The notes under the pieces: model-generated
What the model saw: the letters and a program-made list of their open reading frames with translations, nothing else
Told to the model about the DNA's origin: nothing
Databases searched by the model: none
Assembly (NCBI GenBank): GCA_951804945.1
Contig: OX638159.1
Span: 48,546,001 to 48,610,000, forward strand
DNA from: Podarcis cretensis
Taxonomy: Eukaryota
DNA length: 64,000 nt
Direction: 5' to 3'
Shown here: positions 51,957-64,000 of the stretch, one piece after another
Layout: each line of letters starts with the position of its first letter
Position numbering within the stretch: the stretch's first letter is position 1
Position numbers and translations under genes: made by a program

Positions 51957-52257
51957 CAGTATTTGAAATTCCCATTGTTCTAGGTGCATTTTGCAACAGG
52001 GAATTTCATTAGCACGAGCAGTTTCTGAGTTCTGGGTGCACTGCACCTAAGATTTCAATTTAAAACTGCAAAGTGGAAAGAAAGGAGGAGCTTTTTCTGC
52101 CTCCTCACTTCCAGTTACTCTCTGAAGACTGGAGAAGAGACCCTCTTAAGAATATTAGGGGGGTAGGCAAGGGAAGGACTAGACCATGCGAAAAATGAAC
52201 ATGATATTTTAGCTGCAGTTCATCCATTTTTCATCTTTGTATTCTTTTCTAACACTG
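51957..52257. mobile_element. hAT non-autonomous element
   Basis: CAGT...ACTG termini, 8-bp TSD GGCCTAGG (51949-51956, 52258-52265). Confidence 0.75.
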
Positions 52258-53455
52258 GGCCTAGGATATTTGCTAGATCACCTTTTCCACTATATACCAA
52301 TCCGTTATCTGATATCTCTTAATTGTGCCACAAAGATGTACAGTGGCATCATAACTAGAGGTGAGCAATATATCCATACTTTGTTCCTTACAGGTATGAA
52401 CTCCAGACTGTGATAAAGTTTTCATATTTTTTCACCCTGTATCAAGAATGCACTGCCCAGCTGGCCTTGCAGACCTAGCAGGCAGGAAGCAGCACTTTAC
52501 AGCAAAGTAAAGCCTTTACTGCAAAGTAAATGGCCCTTTCCTGCCAGATCTGCAAGGCATAAGCCCTTGCTACCTCTAAGCAGCATAAGCCCCTGCCACC
52601 TCTTTGCAGTAAAAGCTGCTTTCTGCCTGCACAGTCTGCAAGGAATAAATCCCATGCCTCTTGGTAGAGACAGACCCAGCATTAATAATAAGTTTCCCTT
52701 CTCTTGCTAGGCAAAGTAGAGACCCAGCTTCCCTGCTTTCCCCCCAAAAGATCCATGCGGCTTTAAGGCACACACCCATGCCTCTTGCTAGGCAGAACAG
52801 AGATGCAGCACAGGTATCAGGCTAAGAACGATTATCAGGGTCTCTACTCTGCCTAGCAAGAGGCAAGGTGTGTGCCTTAAAGCCATGTTTATTAGACTCT
52901 TCCTGTGGTATGGAGATTCCGATCAGCAAACAAAGTTTCCTCTTCGGATAAGATCAATGGATAAGATCAATGTGGCTTGGCTCCTGCTTCTGTTCAGGCA
53001 AGGATGCATCAATTTACTTCTACAGTAAAGGCTTTATGCATTTGGAAACTAAGGTGCAGACAATGCTGATGTCTGGGCTGCTGTCAGTTCAAATTGCTGG
53101 TTTTAGATATATTGTGGTGTATTTTAAGTATCATTTTTACTATTATTTATTCTACAACTGATGTTTTTAAATGTTGTAAGCCGCCTTGAATTCCAACTTG
53201 GCAGGATATAAATATAGTACATAATAAATAAAATAATATGAGAGGCATCCATGAAATTATTTTGAGTTTCTTGGAGGATAAACACTATAAAGACTTAGTA
53301 AGTAACACATAATTTGACATCTTTTTTATTAGTGTGGCTCAATATAAAGAATACATATTTTTAATTTTTTAAAAAAGCACAAAATATATAAATATATATA
53401 CACTATATTATAGTAGTGAGTAGAGCTACATACATGCAGAGCTACATACACACAA

Positions 53456-54500
53456 GAATGAATTTCATTGGGGACAAATGTAAGGTTCTGCACTTAGGAA
53501 GAACCAACTGCACAAATATAAGATGGGGGACACCTGGCTTGCCAGTAGTACATGCAAAAAGGATCTACGGGTGTTAGTAGACCACAAGCTTAAAATGAGT
53601 CAACAGTGTGATGCAACAGCAAAAAGCTAAGGCTATTCTAGGCTGCACCAACAAAAATATAGTGTCATAAAAGGTAAAGGTACCCCTGCCCGTACGGGCC
53701 AGTCTTGACAGACTCTGGGGTTGTGCGCCCATCTCACTTAAGAGGCCAGGGGCCAGCGCTGTCCGGAGACACTTCCGGGTCACGTGGCCAGCGTGACATC
53801 GCTGCTCTGGCGAGCCAGAGCCGCACACGGAAACGCCGTTTACCTTCCCGCTGGTAAGCAGTCCCTATTTATCTACTTGCACCCGGAGGTGCTTTCGAAC
53901 TGCTAGGTTGGCAGGCGCTGGGACCGAGCAGCGGGAGCGCACCCCGCCGCAGGGATTCGAACCGCCGACCTTTCGATCGGCAAGTCCTAGGCGCTGAGGC
54001 TTTAACCCACAGCGCCACCTGCGTCCCTCTATAGTGTCATAGTCCCACTCTATTCTGTCTTGGTCAGACCATGCCTGGAGTACTGTGTCCTGGGTGTTCT
54101 GGGTGCCACCATTTAAGAAGGATATTAACAAGCTGGAATAACTGCAAAGGAGGTCAACCAAGATTATCAAGGGTCTGGAAACCAAGCCTTATAAGGAATG
54201 GTTAAGGGAGCTGGGTATGTTTAGCCTGGAAAAGAGGAGACTGAAAGGAAACAGGGTAGCCACTTTCAAATATCTGATGGAGTGTCACATGGAAGATGGG
54301 GCAGTATGTTTTCTCTTGTTCTGGAGGGGGCAGGATCCAAATGAATGGCTTCAAGTAACAAGAAAGGAGATTCTGGCCAATCAACAGGAAGAACTTTCTG
54401 ACAGTAAGAGCTGTTCGAAGATGGAAATGACTCCCTTGGTAGGTGGTACATTGTCCTCCCTCGGAGGTTTTGAAGCAGAGGCTGGCTGGCCACCTGTGAC
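53456..54500 (+). mobile_element. CR1 LINE 3' fragment (older), split by a Sauria SINE
   Basis: Collinear with the 44343 CR1 copy (aaatgtaaggttctgcacttagg ... tttagcctggaaaagaggagactg). Confidence 0.88.
53670..54029 (-). mobile_element. Sauria SINE, full-length, young, inserted in CR1
   Basis: Near-identical reverse complement of the 10079 copy; TSD TATAGTGTCATA at 53658-53669 and 54030-54041. Confidence 0.93.
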
Positions 54501-56896
54501 CTGGTTTTCAGGTGCCAGGTGGCACCTAGATTGTCCACCTGACTTTCTAACACTGATCTACAACAGTTCCCAATGTGTTATGGAGCCAAGTACAGGGTGT
54601 TGCTATGGGTATATAAGACCCTTAACAGAACAGTAATATATTCTCCAGAAGTCTTTAATGATTTAGTTTAACATGCTATCACTGAGTAAATTTTCATTTA
54701 ATTAAATGCATCAAATTTAGATTTTTATTTTTCCCCAAAAGTTCCAGCCTTATTTCAGACATCATGATATATTGAGATACTGCAGTGTTTAGCTAGTGAT
54801 ATATTGTGATATTGAAAACCAGACATCACCAAGCCCTAATCATAACTGGAATGCCCTCCCCTCAAGAATCAGGTTGATGCAAACCCTGATATGTTTAGCT
54901 TTCTTTTAAAGATTTATTTATTTATTTATTCAGGCATTTAGTTAAAATGACTGGAGATGTTTTACTGTTTCCATAGTGCTGCTATGAAAATGTGATGTAT
55001 TATTGCAGCGGTTTGATTTTCAGATTGTGTATTTTATTACATATTACATATTTTTATGGTGTATCCTGCTGTGGAATTGGTTTAAATGATGAGCAGGTAA
55101 ATAAATAACTAAATATAAAACAAACTCAGTCAGTTATTGTTTTCAATGCTTTTCTTTTACATAGAAAACTAGTTATTTGATTAGCAGTAATGAATTATTA
55201 TTATTATTATTAATGTATATAGTCCATATTCTCTTATAATTTTGAGGTTTGCAAACCTTATCTAGCCTGCATTAGATGTCACAACCAATGTAATCCTCTT
55301 AAAATTAACCCTCTAAGATTTCTGCTCAAAACAAATTCAACAATCAGTCACATGTATAATAAGCTGGGTTGCACTTTAAAACGTTCAAAAATTAAAAAAA
55401 ATAATGTTCACACAAGAACAACAGGGGATACTATATTTGATGCTAACTCTCTTTTTGCTGGGGGCAGGGGTGTCTAGTTCCCTTTGCTACAAGCATTATG
55501 CACAACAGGGATCAGGCCCTTGCAGCCAAGAAGCCCACCCCAGGCTTCAGACAGAGCTCTGCACAGGCCTTGCAGGGATACATTGCAACACTTTGTTACA
55601 AGGTCTCTATTTGTTATTTTCTACCAGGCAGTTCCAGTCTGATCACACTGCTAGCTACATGATAATTTCTAGAACAATTCAATTTTATATTGAATATAGG
55701 AAATCCCTACCTGTTTCAAATTTGCCTGTACCAGAAAATGTAACTTTTTAAACAAATTATGTCATTAGTGGTGGTTGTTGTTGTTTAAGCCAGTACGACA
55801 CCTAGTGTAAATTGGAGAGTTCCTATCTAGGCATGCTACTCAGTGATGCAACTCCAAAAATCATTGAAAGAAACCACTATTTCAGCTAGGACACAACCAC
55901 CATGAACAATGAAGAGTCATCTTATTTACAAAGATGTATTTGTCAAAGTGAGCTCTGGTTAAAAACAGACTAACAGAGCTACGCCTCTGTAATTTGTTGC
56001 TAGGAATATATAAGCAGCCCCAAGTATTATCTGAAGCAGTTGGAGCCCATCTATCAGTGTTCAGTGGATAGGGAGATCCACAGACAGCTGTTATCCTTCC
56101 AAGTTCTCAGAATCACAGCTAGCCTCTAAGGCACTCTACTGTCATAATAATGGGGAGGGGTGAGAACAGAACATAGATTTAGTCATTTTTTATTTTTTAC
56201 TGTACTTGAAAACAAATGAAAACACCAATACTGAAAATGATACTATTTTCATAAAGGCAAAAAGATTTGCTAAATCTTTAAATAGTCTTCAAAGTAAATG
56301 TATTAAGCAAACTAACAAAAACAATTGCCTCACATTAAATGTGAATACATCATTCAATGCAGTTTAGACTGGTTAAAATCACATCAGAATAAAACAGTAC
56401 TATCTAACAACAATTAAACAAAGGGAGGCGCAGCACCTGATATATGGTAGAAAGGAGTATGCAGGGGAAAGGAGAGTTGTTTAATGAGAGTTAAGGTAGA
56501 ACGGGGGCCTCTGCAGAGCACTGCACACAAGGATGGAAAAATTGTAAACAGATGCTATATCATATCCCATATCAAACCACAATCTCAATAATTGGCTTAC
56601 TACAAATCTATACAGTGGCAATCAGAGTCAAAATAATTTCACACCTTTGCTCACAGATTCATAGGCACCTTCCACATGTCTCTATGGATGAAACCATACA
56701 ATTCTTATATAGAATTGCATAAGATACTTTACTCATATCTGTTAATTCCTTTGCCACTCTAACCTTTGGTCACTTTTCAGATTTGCCAGTGCTGCAAAAG
56801 CAGTAACAACTTCCTTTTCACCATATTAAACATCAAATAGAGCAGCTACAACTATTGTGAAAACTTCACGGCAAGTTCTATTCCAATGAATGCAGC

Positions 56897-56914
56897 AATG
56901 CCCCCTGGTGGCCA
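56897..56914 (-). promoter_or_regulatory. CTCF-like motif (reverse orientation)
   Basis: Minus strand TGGCCACCAGGGGGCATT, near-consensus. Confidence 0.6.
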
Positions 56915-57454
56915 TTCAAGGATCAATATCTAGTCTATACATATATCAAAAGATGTTACTCTTCCAATCTTTGTCAAGGGATCAATTTAAAAGACAAAAA
57001 GGAATAAATACTTTTATTTGTAGATCCTGGTAAATATTCAGAACATTTCTGCATTACTTGTTTTGAGACTCCTAATTATTTTTCAAATACAACCTTATAA
57101 AAGCTCAAGTGAAAAGCTACCAGATACCAACAACATATTAAAAGGAGAGATCCCAGGCTACCATCTTATTTTAAGTTTCAGATAATATAAGGAAAATTAC
57201 TAGAATAAAAAGAAGTGTCATGTGATTATACATTCAAAATATTGTATATCCAGGTAGCACATTTGAAATACACCTGTGTAGTAGTTTCTAAACAAGATAA
57301 AGATTGTGTTATATTGAACTGGTCCAACTGTAATATAATCTAGCTATGTACCTGATGTAAAATAAAACAATTTTACAATTTTAAAAATATGAACAGCACT
57401 CAGTACATTTAGAACACAATGGTTTGGATCTTGCATAAATTTACGTGCCTTTCT

Positions 57455-57920
57455 GATGGCAAAGTTCCCAAGGATGGCAGGATCCCAAAGGATGTGCTTT
57501 ACGGGGAGCAGGTTTCAGGCATCAGGCCCACTGGCAAACCAACTCTGCATTACAAATATGTCTACAAAGCATGTGACATGAAGGCTGCCAACACCAAGCC
57601 AACCCTATGGGAACCCCTTGCAGATGACCTCAGTGCCTGGCGGCAGATAGTCAGGTCATGTATCCACACCAGAGACTAGAGGAGGAATGACTACTGGGAA
57701 GAGCACAGAAAGAAGAAACGTCATAGTACACCTGCAACAACAGAACTGAACGCTTTCATCTGCCACAGCTGCAACAAAATATGTCTTTCCCATATTGGTC
57801 TCTACAGCCACAGCAGATACTTCAACCTTCCAACAGTTAGATTTTACACACACATCCCCCCAAAAGCACACTCCTCTACTGTCTCCAGAGACAGATGGAT
57901 ACTGCTAACAACAAGAACAA
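57455..57920 (+). mobile_element. RTE-clade LINE 3' fragment
   Basis: DGRIPKDVLYGE...RPTG motif (ORF 57419..57679), C-terminal CxxC...HIGLYSH zinc finger, (CAA)n-like tail. Confidence 0.78.
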
Positions 57921-58923
57921 CTACTCAAGGAAGGCAGCCCAACCCCAAATTCTGCCCTGTCCCACTGCAATCCCCTAGAGGGTCCTTCAAATTTCTGGAC
58001 TGGCTTTTAGGAGTATGCAGTAGGATAATGCGGGAAGTCAAAGAAACCTCACTGCAACAGCAGAGTTCCTTTCATGCTTCTCCGGTTCTCAACCAGTCTA
58101 AGAATTCTATTATTTCAGGAATGTAAATATAAATATTTTATTTGTACCACCATCTTCAAAATATGTGCATTCATGTTTATGAACAAGGGTTCCCAAGGTG
58201 AAGGTGGCAGTCTTTGTTAATGGTGCCAACCACCTTTTTAAATCAAGAATGTGGACCAAAATATAACTTAGCATGACAGTTCCAAACAGTGTCAAGATAT
58301 CACCATCCCACTGGGTGGAACATCATCAAGTTTGGCATGACAGGTCCACCCTGCACCTATTTTGATGCCTCTGAATATATTGTTGCACGATTCCCCAAGA
58401 GGTAAGTGGCAGTTTTTCTAGCCATTCTCTGTGATGCCTCAGTGTGTTTTATAAAGTCTTAGTGGGTATAACAGATGTACACTCTGCACTATAGTACTGA
58501 AAGTCTACTTAACTATCTTCTGCATTTTGTGTGTCTTCTACACAATACTCTTTCCTTTTGCCCCATGCGTTGCCCACAGACGATTCCCCTCCCCTTTTTT
58601 GTCATCTTCCTCCCTTTCAGAATCTAAATGCTTCAAATTCCCCAATTGCCAATCTCTAAATTGATTTTCATAATCATATTTCATGGAATGGCAGACAGAT
58701 CAATCATTTGTCTTTTATAGACAGGAGCAAGGGATATTTTTACCCCAGTTAAAAAGCAGAGAAATGAGAGTGAGAATATTCAGCAAAAAAATTTCCATGG
58801 AACCTCCATGGAAGTCCTAGATGTAACACCACTTACAAATGCTGTGTAATCTTACCATGCAACAAAGGAAAGCAGAGAACAACTCATTGAAGACTGCACA
58901 TTTAGGTATGCTTATGAGCCCTG

Positions 58924-59218
58924 CGGGGGTTGGCACTGTGGTCTAAACCACAGAGCCTAGGGCTTGCCGATCAGAAGGTCAGCGGTTCAAATCCCTGCGA
59001 TGGGATGAGCTCCCATTGCTCGGTCCCAGCTCCTGCCCACCTAGCAGTTCGAACGCACATCAAAGTGCAAACAGATAAATAGGTACCGCTCTGGTGGGAA
59101 GGTAAACAGCGTTTCCGTGTGCTGCTCTGGTTTCGCCAGAAGCAGCCAGTAAAGCGAGATGAGCACTGCAACCCCAGAGTCGTCTGTGACTGGACCTAAT
59201 GGTCAGGGGTCCCCTTTT
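58924..59218 (+). mobile_element. Sauria SINE, older subfamily, internally deleted
   Basis: Homologous head and body; TSD TGAGCCCTG at 58915-58923 and 59219-59227. Confidence 0.87.
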
Positions 59219-60164
59219 TGAGCCCTGTGACACAAACATATACTCCATGCTAATCTGTTGTAAGTTTTACAACTTGTTTCTCTACTCAGTTGCTAACATA
59301 GAACAATGTCATCCACCAGCTTCATCCAATTAGCATAAATGAAACAGTTGGGAAGATCTATTCTTAGTACCCCACTGTAAATATGGTAGAGTAGTTAAAC
59401 ATGGCTCCAGATAGCTTAGTGCCGGGGGGGGGCGAATTATGCTGGCATATTTAAATAGACTGGAAAATACAAAGAGAACTGGAAGAAACTGATTTTGGCT
59501 TCTGGTCATTTAAGATATTTTAACATGCCCTAGTCTCAACTGTGGAATAGTGAGATGTGATAGGCCAACAGCACAACTGAACCAACGTTGTAGACCTCCC
59601 ACCACACCAATGCTGTCTTTGGTACTCCCAATGAAACAGGGTGGACAATAGCTAGAGCACAAATGGCAGAAAACCTGCAATGAAGATGACCCAAAATACA
59701 TTAGAGCACATAATTCTGCCTATGGTGTGGAAGCCAAGGCTTACGTTGCTTTCCACTGCAGCCTTCTGTAACCTAGGCACTTTGAAAATCACTCATCTCC
59801 ATAACAATGTGGATTTCAAGCATTTGATGGGTCCTGCTGAAGTCTCCAAAACCTTATCCAGATTTATGAAAGTCATTTAAGACCTTGGGGCTGGATGATG
59901 TGGACAGGGTACTTGGAGTTGTGCCTTGGCTGGCCCTCTTGACCCTTACCTAGCGTGGCTTTTCAAGAGCCAATTAAGGAGGGCTTACCAGGTGGGTGCA
60001 GGGTTCAGTAACTGCATCACTGCATGAAAGGAAGGTGTCTGCCACCTTAGAAGGCAATTAAAAAGCCTTTGACTCAAGAGATTTAAGACAATTACCATAC
60101 ACCCAAAAGAAAATGCTCAAGAGGGGAGGAGTTGGGGGAGGGAACTGACATATATACAGTACAC

Positions 60165-60480
60165 ACTTTCTTTCTTTCTTTTTCTTTTTCGTTTCAATAA
60201 ATATATAGATTTATTGATTTAATATATAGTTTTATATATTATATATTTATTTTATATTATTTAATATATCGTTTTATATATAACAATTACCAAAAAGAGA
60301 GGAGCCAAGTTTGCCAAAGTCCAATCTGTGATTTTAATAATTGCTATTCTTCAGGATCATCAGGAAAGTATTTTATAAATGGAGGCCATATTTCAACAAA
60401 ATTGTCTACATCATTTCTATTATCCAATGCATGTAATCTCTTTGTTTTTTTTTCTGATATAGCATTAGACCATGCACTCT
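60165..60480 (-). mobile_element. L1-clade LINE 3' end
   Basis: Minus-strand peptide ...DNFVEIWPPFIKYF, typical of non-mammalian L1 ORF2 C-termini, followed by an A-rich tail. Confidence 0.6.
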
Positions 60481-60554
60481 GTTTCTAATGACAGAGACAC
60501 AGATGTTCCACTTGACAGATGTAGCAGGAAATAAGGGACTTTCAATGGCCAAAC

Positions 60555-60712
60555 TAAACATCTCACTCTTGGCAGATGAATCACTTGACTGGCAGTTTTC
60601 TCCAGGATTTCAGACAGAGTTCTCTCCCAGCCCTACCTAGGAATGCTGGGGACTGAATCTCCGACATTCTGCATGCAAAGTAGATGCTTTACCACTGAGC
60701 TGAGACTCTTCC
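60555..60712 (-). mobile_element. tRNA-derived SINE (Squam3-like)
   Basis: Reverse complement reads cagctcagtggtaaagcatctactttgcatgcagaatgtc...ttcagtccccagcatt...ggctgggagagaactctgtctgaaatcctggag. Confidence 0.7.
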
Positions 60713-62973
60713 TCCATATGCCTTCACAGAAGTAAACTCTACTAGTGGGACTTATTCCTAAGTAAATGCAGATAGGAAAAGCACAGGCACAAGATGCTTG
60801 TGAGACGCATGCAAGCAGGATCTGATCTAGAAAGGGAGTGGGGGTTGAACCAGCAGAGTACAGATTTCCATTTATTCCTAATAATGCCTGACCTATTAAA
60901 CCCACCTAAACCTCCTGGATTCTCTTCCTAACCTCTCAAATTTTCCTTTTCAAACAGTGCAGAGTTGCACTTGGCTCAGGAACATTTTTGATATTACTGT
61001 CTATGCAGTCTTGTACACAATTCTGTTGTTTGCTGCTATTTTGTTATTTTTTACATGCTTTCGATATACAATACTAAGAGTTTGGAAAGGTGACTTAAAT
61101 GAATGATTTTTTTTTTTTTACCATGCTTCAGATACTCCATTTACGCTTACAATTCCCAAATTTGTTTTTCTATCCCTTAACTCTATCAACTCCAGATAGT
61201 GCTGGGAAACACTCTAGTCTGAAACTTTTGAGAACAACTGCCAGTAAAGCTGAGATCCCCAACATGCTCACAGACACCCACCAGAACTTGAGATGCTATG
61301 AAAGCATGGGGGGGAGGCAGCTATAGGTTTATTTCCTGCTTTCCATGCTTAAAGAAATTCCTCCTTGCTCTGCTGCCCCTGCATGAAGTTTGAACATGCC
61401 TGCCACACCTCTGATCGGATGCCCTCCTTTCCATTCTCAAAGCTATCCAGGTAAGGAAGAAGTCAGCTCCGTCCATTGGGCTTTTTTCTTCCTCTATAAG
61501 AAAGGATTGCAAATCTTCTGTGAGATACTCTCCCCACAGGGCTCCATGATTCTGCCAGTTCATAAGGGGGTAGGGAGACAATAAAAGGATGTAACGTTGT
61601 ATGGGAGGGAACACTGTTGGCTGCCAAGATTATTCCTGCATCTCTCAGACTCACTGATGTCTTGATTTCTTGGATAGAGGTGATATAGGGCTGTTTCAGA
61701 CAGAATAGGAAACCATGATCACCCAATGCATGAACAAGCCTTGGCCTTAAGCACTCTCCCCTCCTTTTGCAACTGGAAGCTTCTGCTTCTACTTCTAAAC
61801 TAACCACTTGTTCTCCATCATGCATGAACTCAGTGAGCTACATTTTCTTGAAGCTTTGGTTTCTGACCAAGCCACAATCTAAAACCACAAAAGTTCAATC
61901 ATGTAATGATCTAGTATGAGAGTCTGAAATCCAAACACACATAGGGTTTAAACAACTTTATAAAAGGTAAGCAATCCCTTTGATATATTTAGCAATTTAA
62001 AAGTCCGTATTTTCTTCTATTGTCAAACTTTATGGTTGTTGTTTGTTAAAACTGTGTATGTAAGTCACCAGAAACATTTTGTATTAGGAGACAAATAAAT
62101 CAAACAAAAAGTAATCATAATATACTAGCTAACTCCTAGTAGGAGCTACAGGTGTTGCCTGGGTGCCAGGATTATGCAAAGCTTCCATGATAGTTCTGAA
62201 TGGCAAGCTATCAGTTCCCCTGTGCCTCAATGCCATACTGTCTCCTGCAGCTAATGTTTCTTTTAGGCCACCCCACTGACATATGCCCTAGAAACAAGGA
62301 GCCTCAGACAGCAAGGAATTCTTGCCTTCATTCCCTATTTAGTTGGACTGTTCAGTCTATAAACTAAACCCAGTCCACTAGTTTCTGATTACAAATCGCA
62401 GCTGCTTTGGTGGGATGGGCTTCTGCATCAATAAAATACACTTTGATAGATCATGGGAGAACTGGATTCCCCACCCCAACCCCCCGCTTTCCCAGCTTCA
62501 TGTGTCTCCCTTCCTTCTCCACAATTTAACTACCCTCTGGTTACCTCAACACTGCAGTCTCCTGGCAAATATTGCTTGGAGCCAGTAGCAGTTGGTGAGG
62601 TGGCACAAACAGGACAATGCAGCTCACCTGCCTTCTAAACACTGGTGTCACTCCCAGTTCCTGAGAGGGGTGAGGTGCAGGCAGCTGAGGCAGTGGCAGA
62701 GCCAATCCAATACTCCTGCCACCATGCCACACTGTACTAAGATCCCAAAGCTTCACTGCTCCCCCTCTCAGTTACTGGCAGTGACAAGGCAGGTAAGCAA
62801 CACCACTCTACTTGTGCTACCCTGCTGACTTCTACTGCTTGGAGCTATGCATGCTCTACAACCACTCCCTAGATAACAACACATACTGTAGCATCACAGA
62901 CCCTCTTTTCCTTCACCACATCTGGGTAAACCTTTTGGTATCACAATTTCTTCTAACAAACCAATGTTTAAAG

Positions 62974-63102
62974 CAGGACTGGCTAACCTGTGGCCGTTTC
63001 ATATGTTGCTAAGTTACAGCTTCCATAATCCCTGAAGGCTGGCCATGCTGGCTGAAGTTAGCTGGGAATGGAACATCCACAGACCACAGGTTAGCCACCC
63101 TG
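62974..63102. mobile_element. hAT MITE, degraded palindromic type
   Basis: CAGGACTGGCTAACCTGTGG / CCACAGGTTAGCCACCCTG; TSD GTTTAAAG / ACTTAAAG. Confidence 0.72.
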
Positions 63103-64000
63103 ACTTAAAGAAACCAACGCTCCTGAGTCCAGACTTAACAAGGAACTGCTGGTTATTTCAAGCAGAATAAAAGCTTTCCTTAGCCTTCTTCCGTACAGCT
63201 CATGAAGGCTCATACATGTAGCAGGAAACCAGGGATTTTCAACAGCCAAGCAAAATGTCTCACTCTTTACAGTAACCTGCCCCTTTGATTTTCATGAGCA
63301 TCTCTTCTAATATGAACAGCATTGTTTCCTGACTAGCTCAAAGAGTGAAATATTTATGAGATTAGATTGATTTACACAATTTATGTTCATACTTGCAAAA
63401 ATCATGTTCATGTTGCAAAATTAGCTTTCCATACTGGAACTGGCAGAACAACTGAATCCTCTGGTTAGACCCAAATAATTGAATACGGTTCATTTATTGA
63501 ATATTAAAATATACATGTATGTATATAGGCAACCCCCAATTTGTTTGGGGGTTACACTCCTGGCCCCCCATGTGTTTCAGCAGAGCACATGTAAGTCCAC
63601 CCTGCCCCATTATGCCTCTTTATACCCCACCCAATGGCTTAGCCGGAGAGCAGGGTGGCAGCTGCCCCTCAAAATCAATCAAAATCAATACAAATCTGAG
63701 GTTCTGCCTCCCCCCTAACAAAAGCCTGCCCCCTGACAAAAATCCTGGCTATGCCCATGCCCCACCCCATTCTGTCCTTTTCTGGGTTCAATAGAACTCA
63801 TACATCAGAGGTTGGATGTCAACTGAATGCATGCAAAATGGACCCCCATCTGCACTTTGTTTCTAAATATATAGTTTAATCATATATATAAACAGTTGCA
63901 GTGTTTACTAACAAGTATTCATTTACTAAAACTAAGCACACATCATGATGCTATAAAATATACCTATTTTTACCACCACTAAGCAGTGGTCATGCTTTCC

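Larger units (their letters stand above)
52356..54838. mobile_element. hAT-type non-autonomous element with nested CR1 and SINE
   Basis: Termini TAGAGGTGAGCAATAT / CATCACCAAGCCCTA; exact 8-bp TSD ATCATAAC at 52348-52355 and 54839-54846. Confidence 0.72.
51800..55110 (+). mobile_element. L2 3' fragment interrupted by two hAT insertions
   Basis: ctgcactggctgccagtt (LHWLP) at ~51873; resumes at 52266 and at 54847 with tggaatgccctccc (WNALP); outer boundaries approximate. Confidence 0.65.

Noticed and set aside
61321-61825. ORFs including an IQ-motif-like string (HVQTSCRGSRARRNF) and a plus-strand CAG|GTAAGG donor
   Set aside because: No recognisable protein context, frames are not continuous, and part overlaps a degraded repeat; most likely chance
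48072-64000. Search for the NIPBL promoter, exon 1 or a CpG island
   Set aside because: No CpG island outside young TEs; the region reads as TE-rich intron 1, so the promoter lies beyond the window

Overview
This is vertebrate genomic DNA from a squamate, most likely a lacertid lizard judging by its Sauria SINEs with (ACCTTT)n tails. The whole window lies inside the cohesin-loader gene NIPBL on the minus strand. I resolved 24 coding exons (equivalent to human exons 2-25), all with GT-AG boundaries and consistent phases. They run from the start ATG at 47991 down to 315 and give 4896 nt / 1632 codons. Positions 48072-64000 are intron 1; exon 1, the promoter and exons 26+ lie outside the window. 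Introns contain Sauria and Squam3-like SINEs, CR1, L2, L1 and RTE fragments, many hAT and Tc1/mariner MITEs, and a 136-N gap. I see no convincing evidence for a wholly new biological system. The best leads are (i) unannotated exon-like cassettes in introns 8, 9 and 11, including an in-frame 90-nt cassette with an alternative stop-containing donor, (ii) two overlapping uORFs in exon 2, (iii) convergently arranged CTCF-like motifs, (iv) a near-identical inverted SINE pair bracketing exons 2-16, and (v) a four-level nested transposon. Human comparisons and TE family names come from recall, not from database searches.
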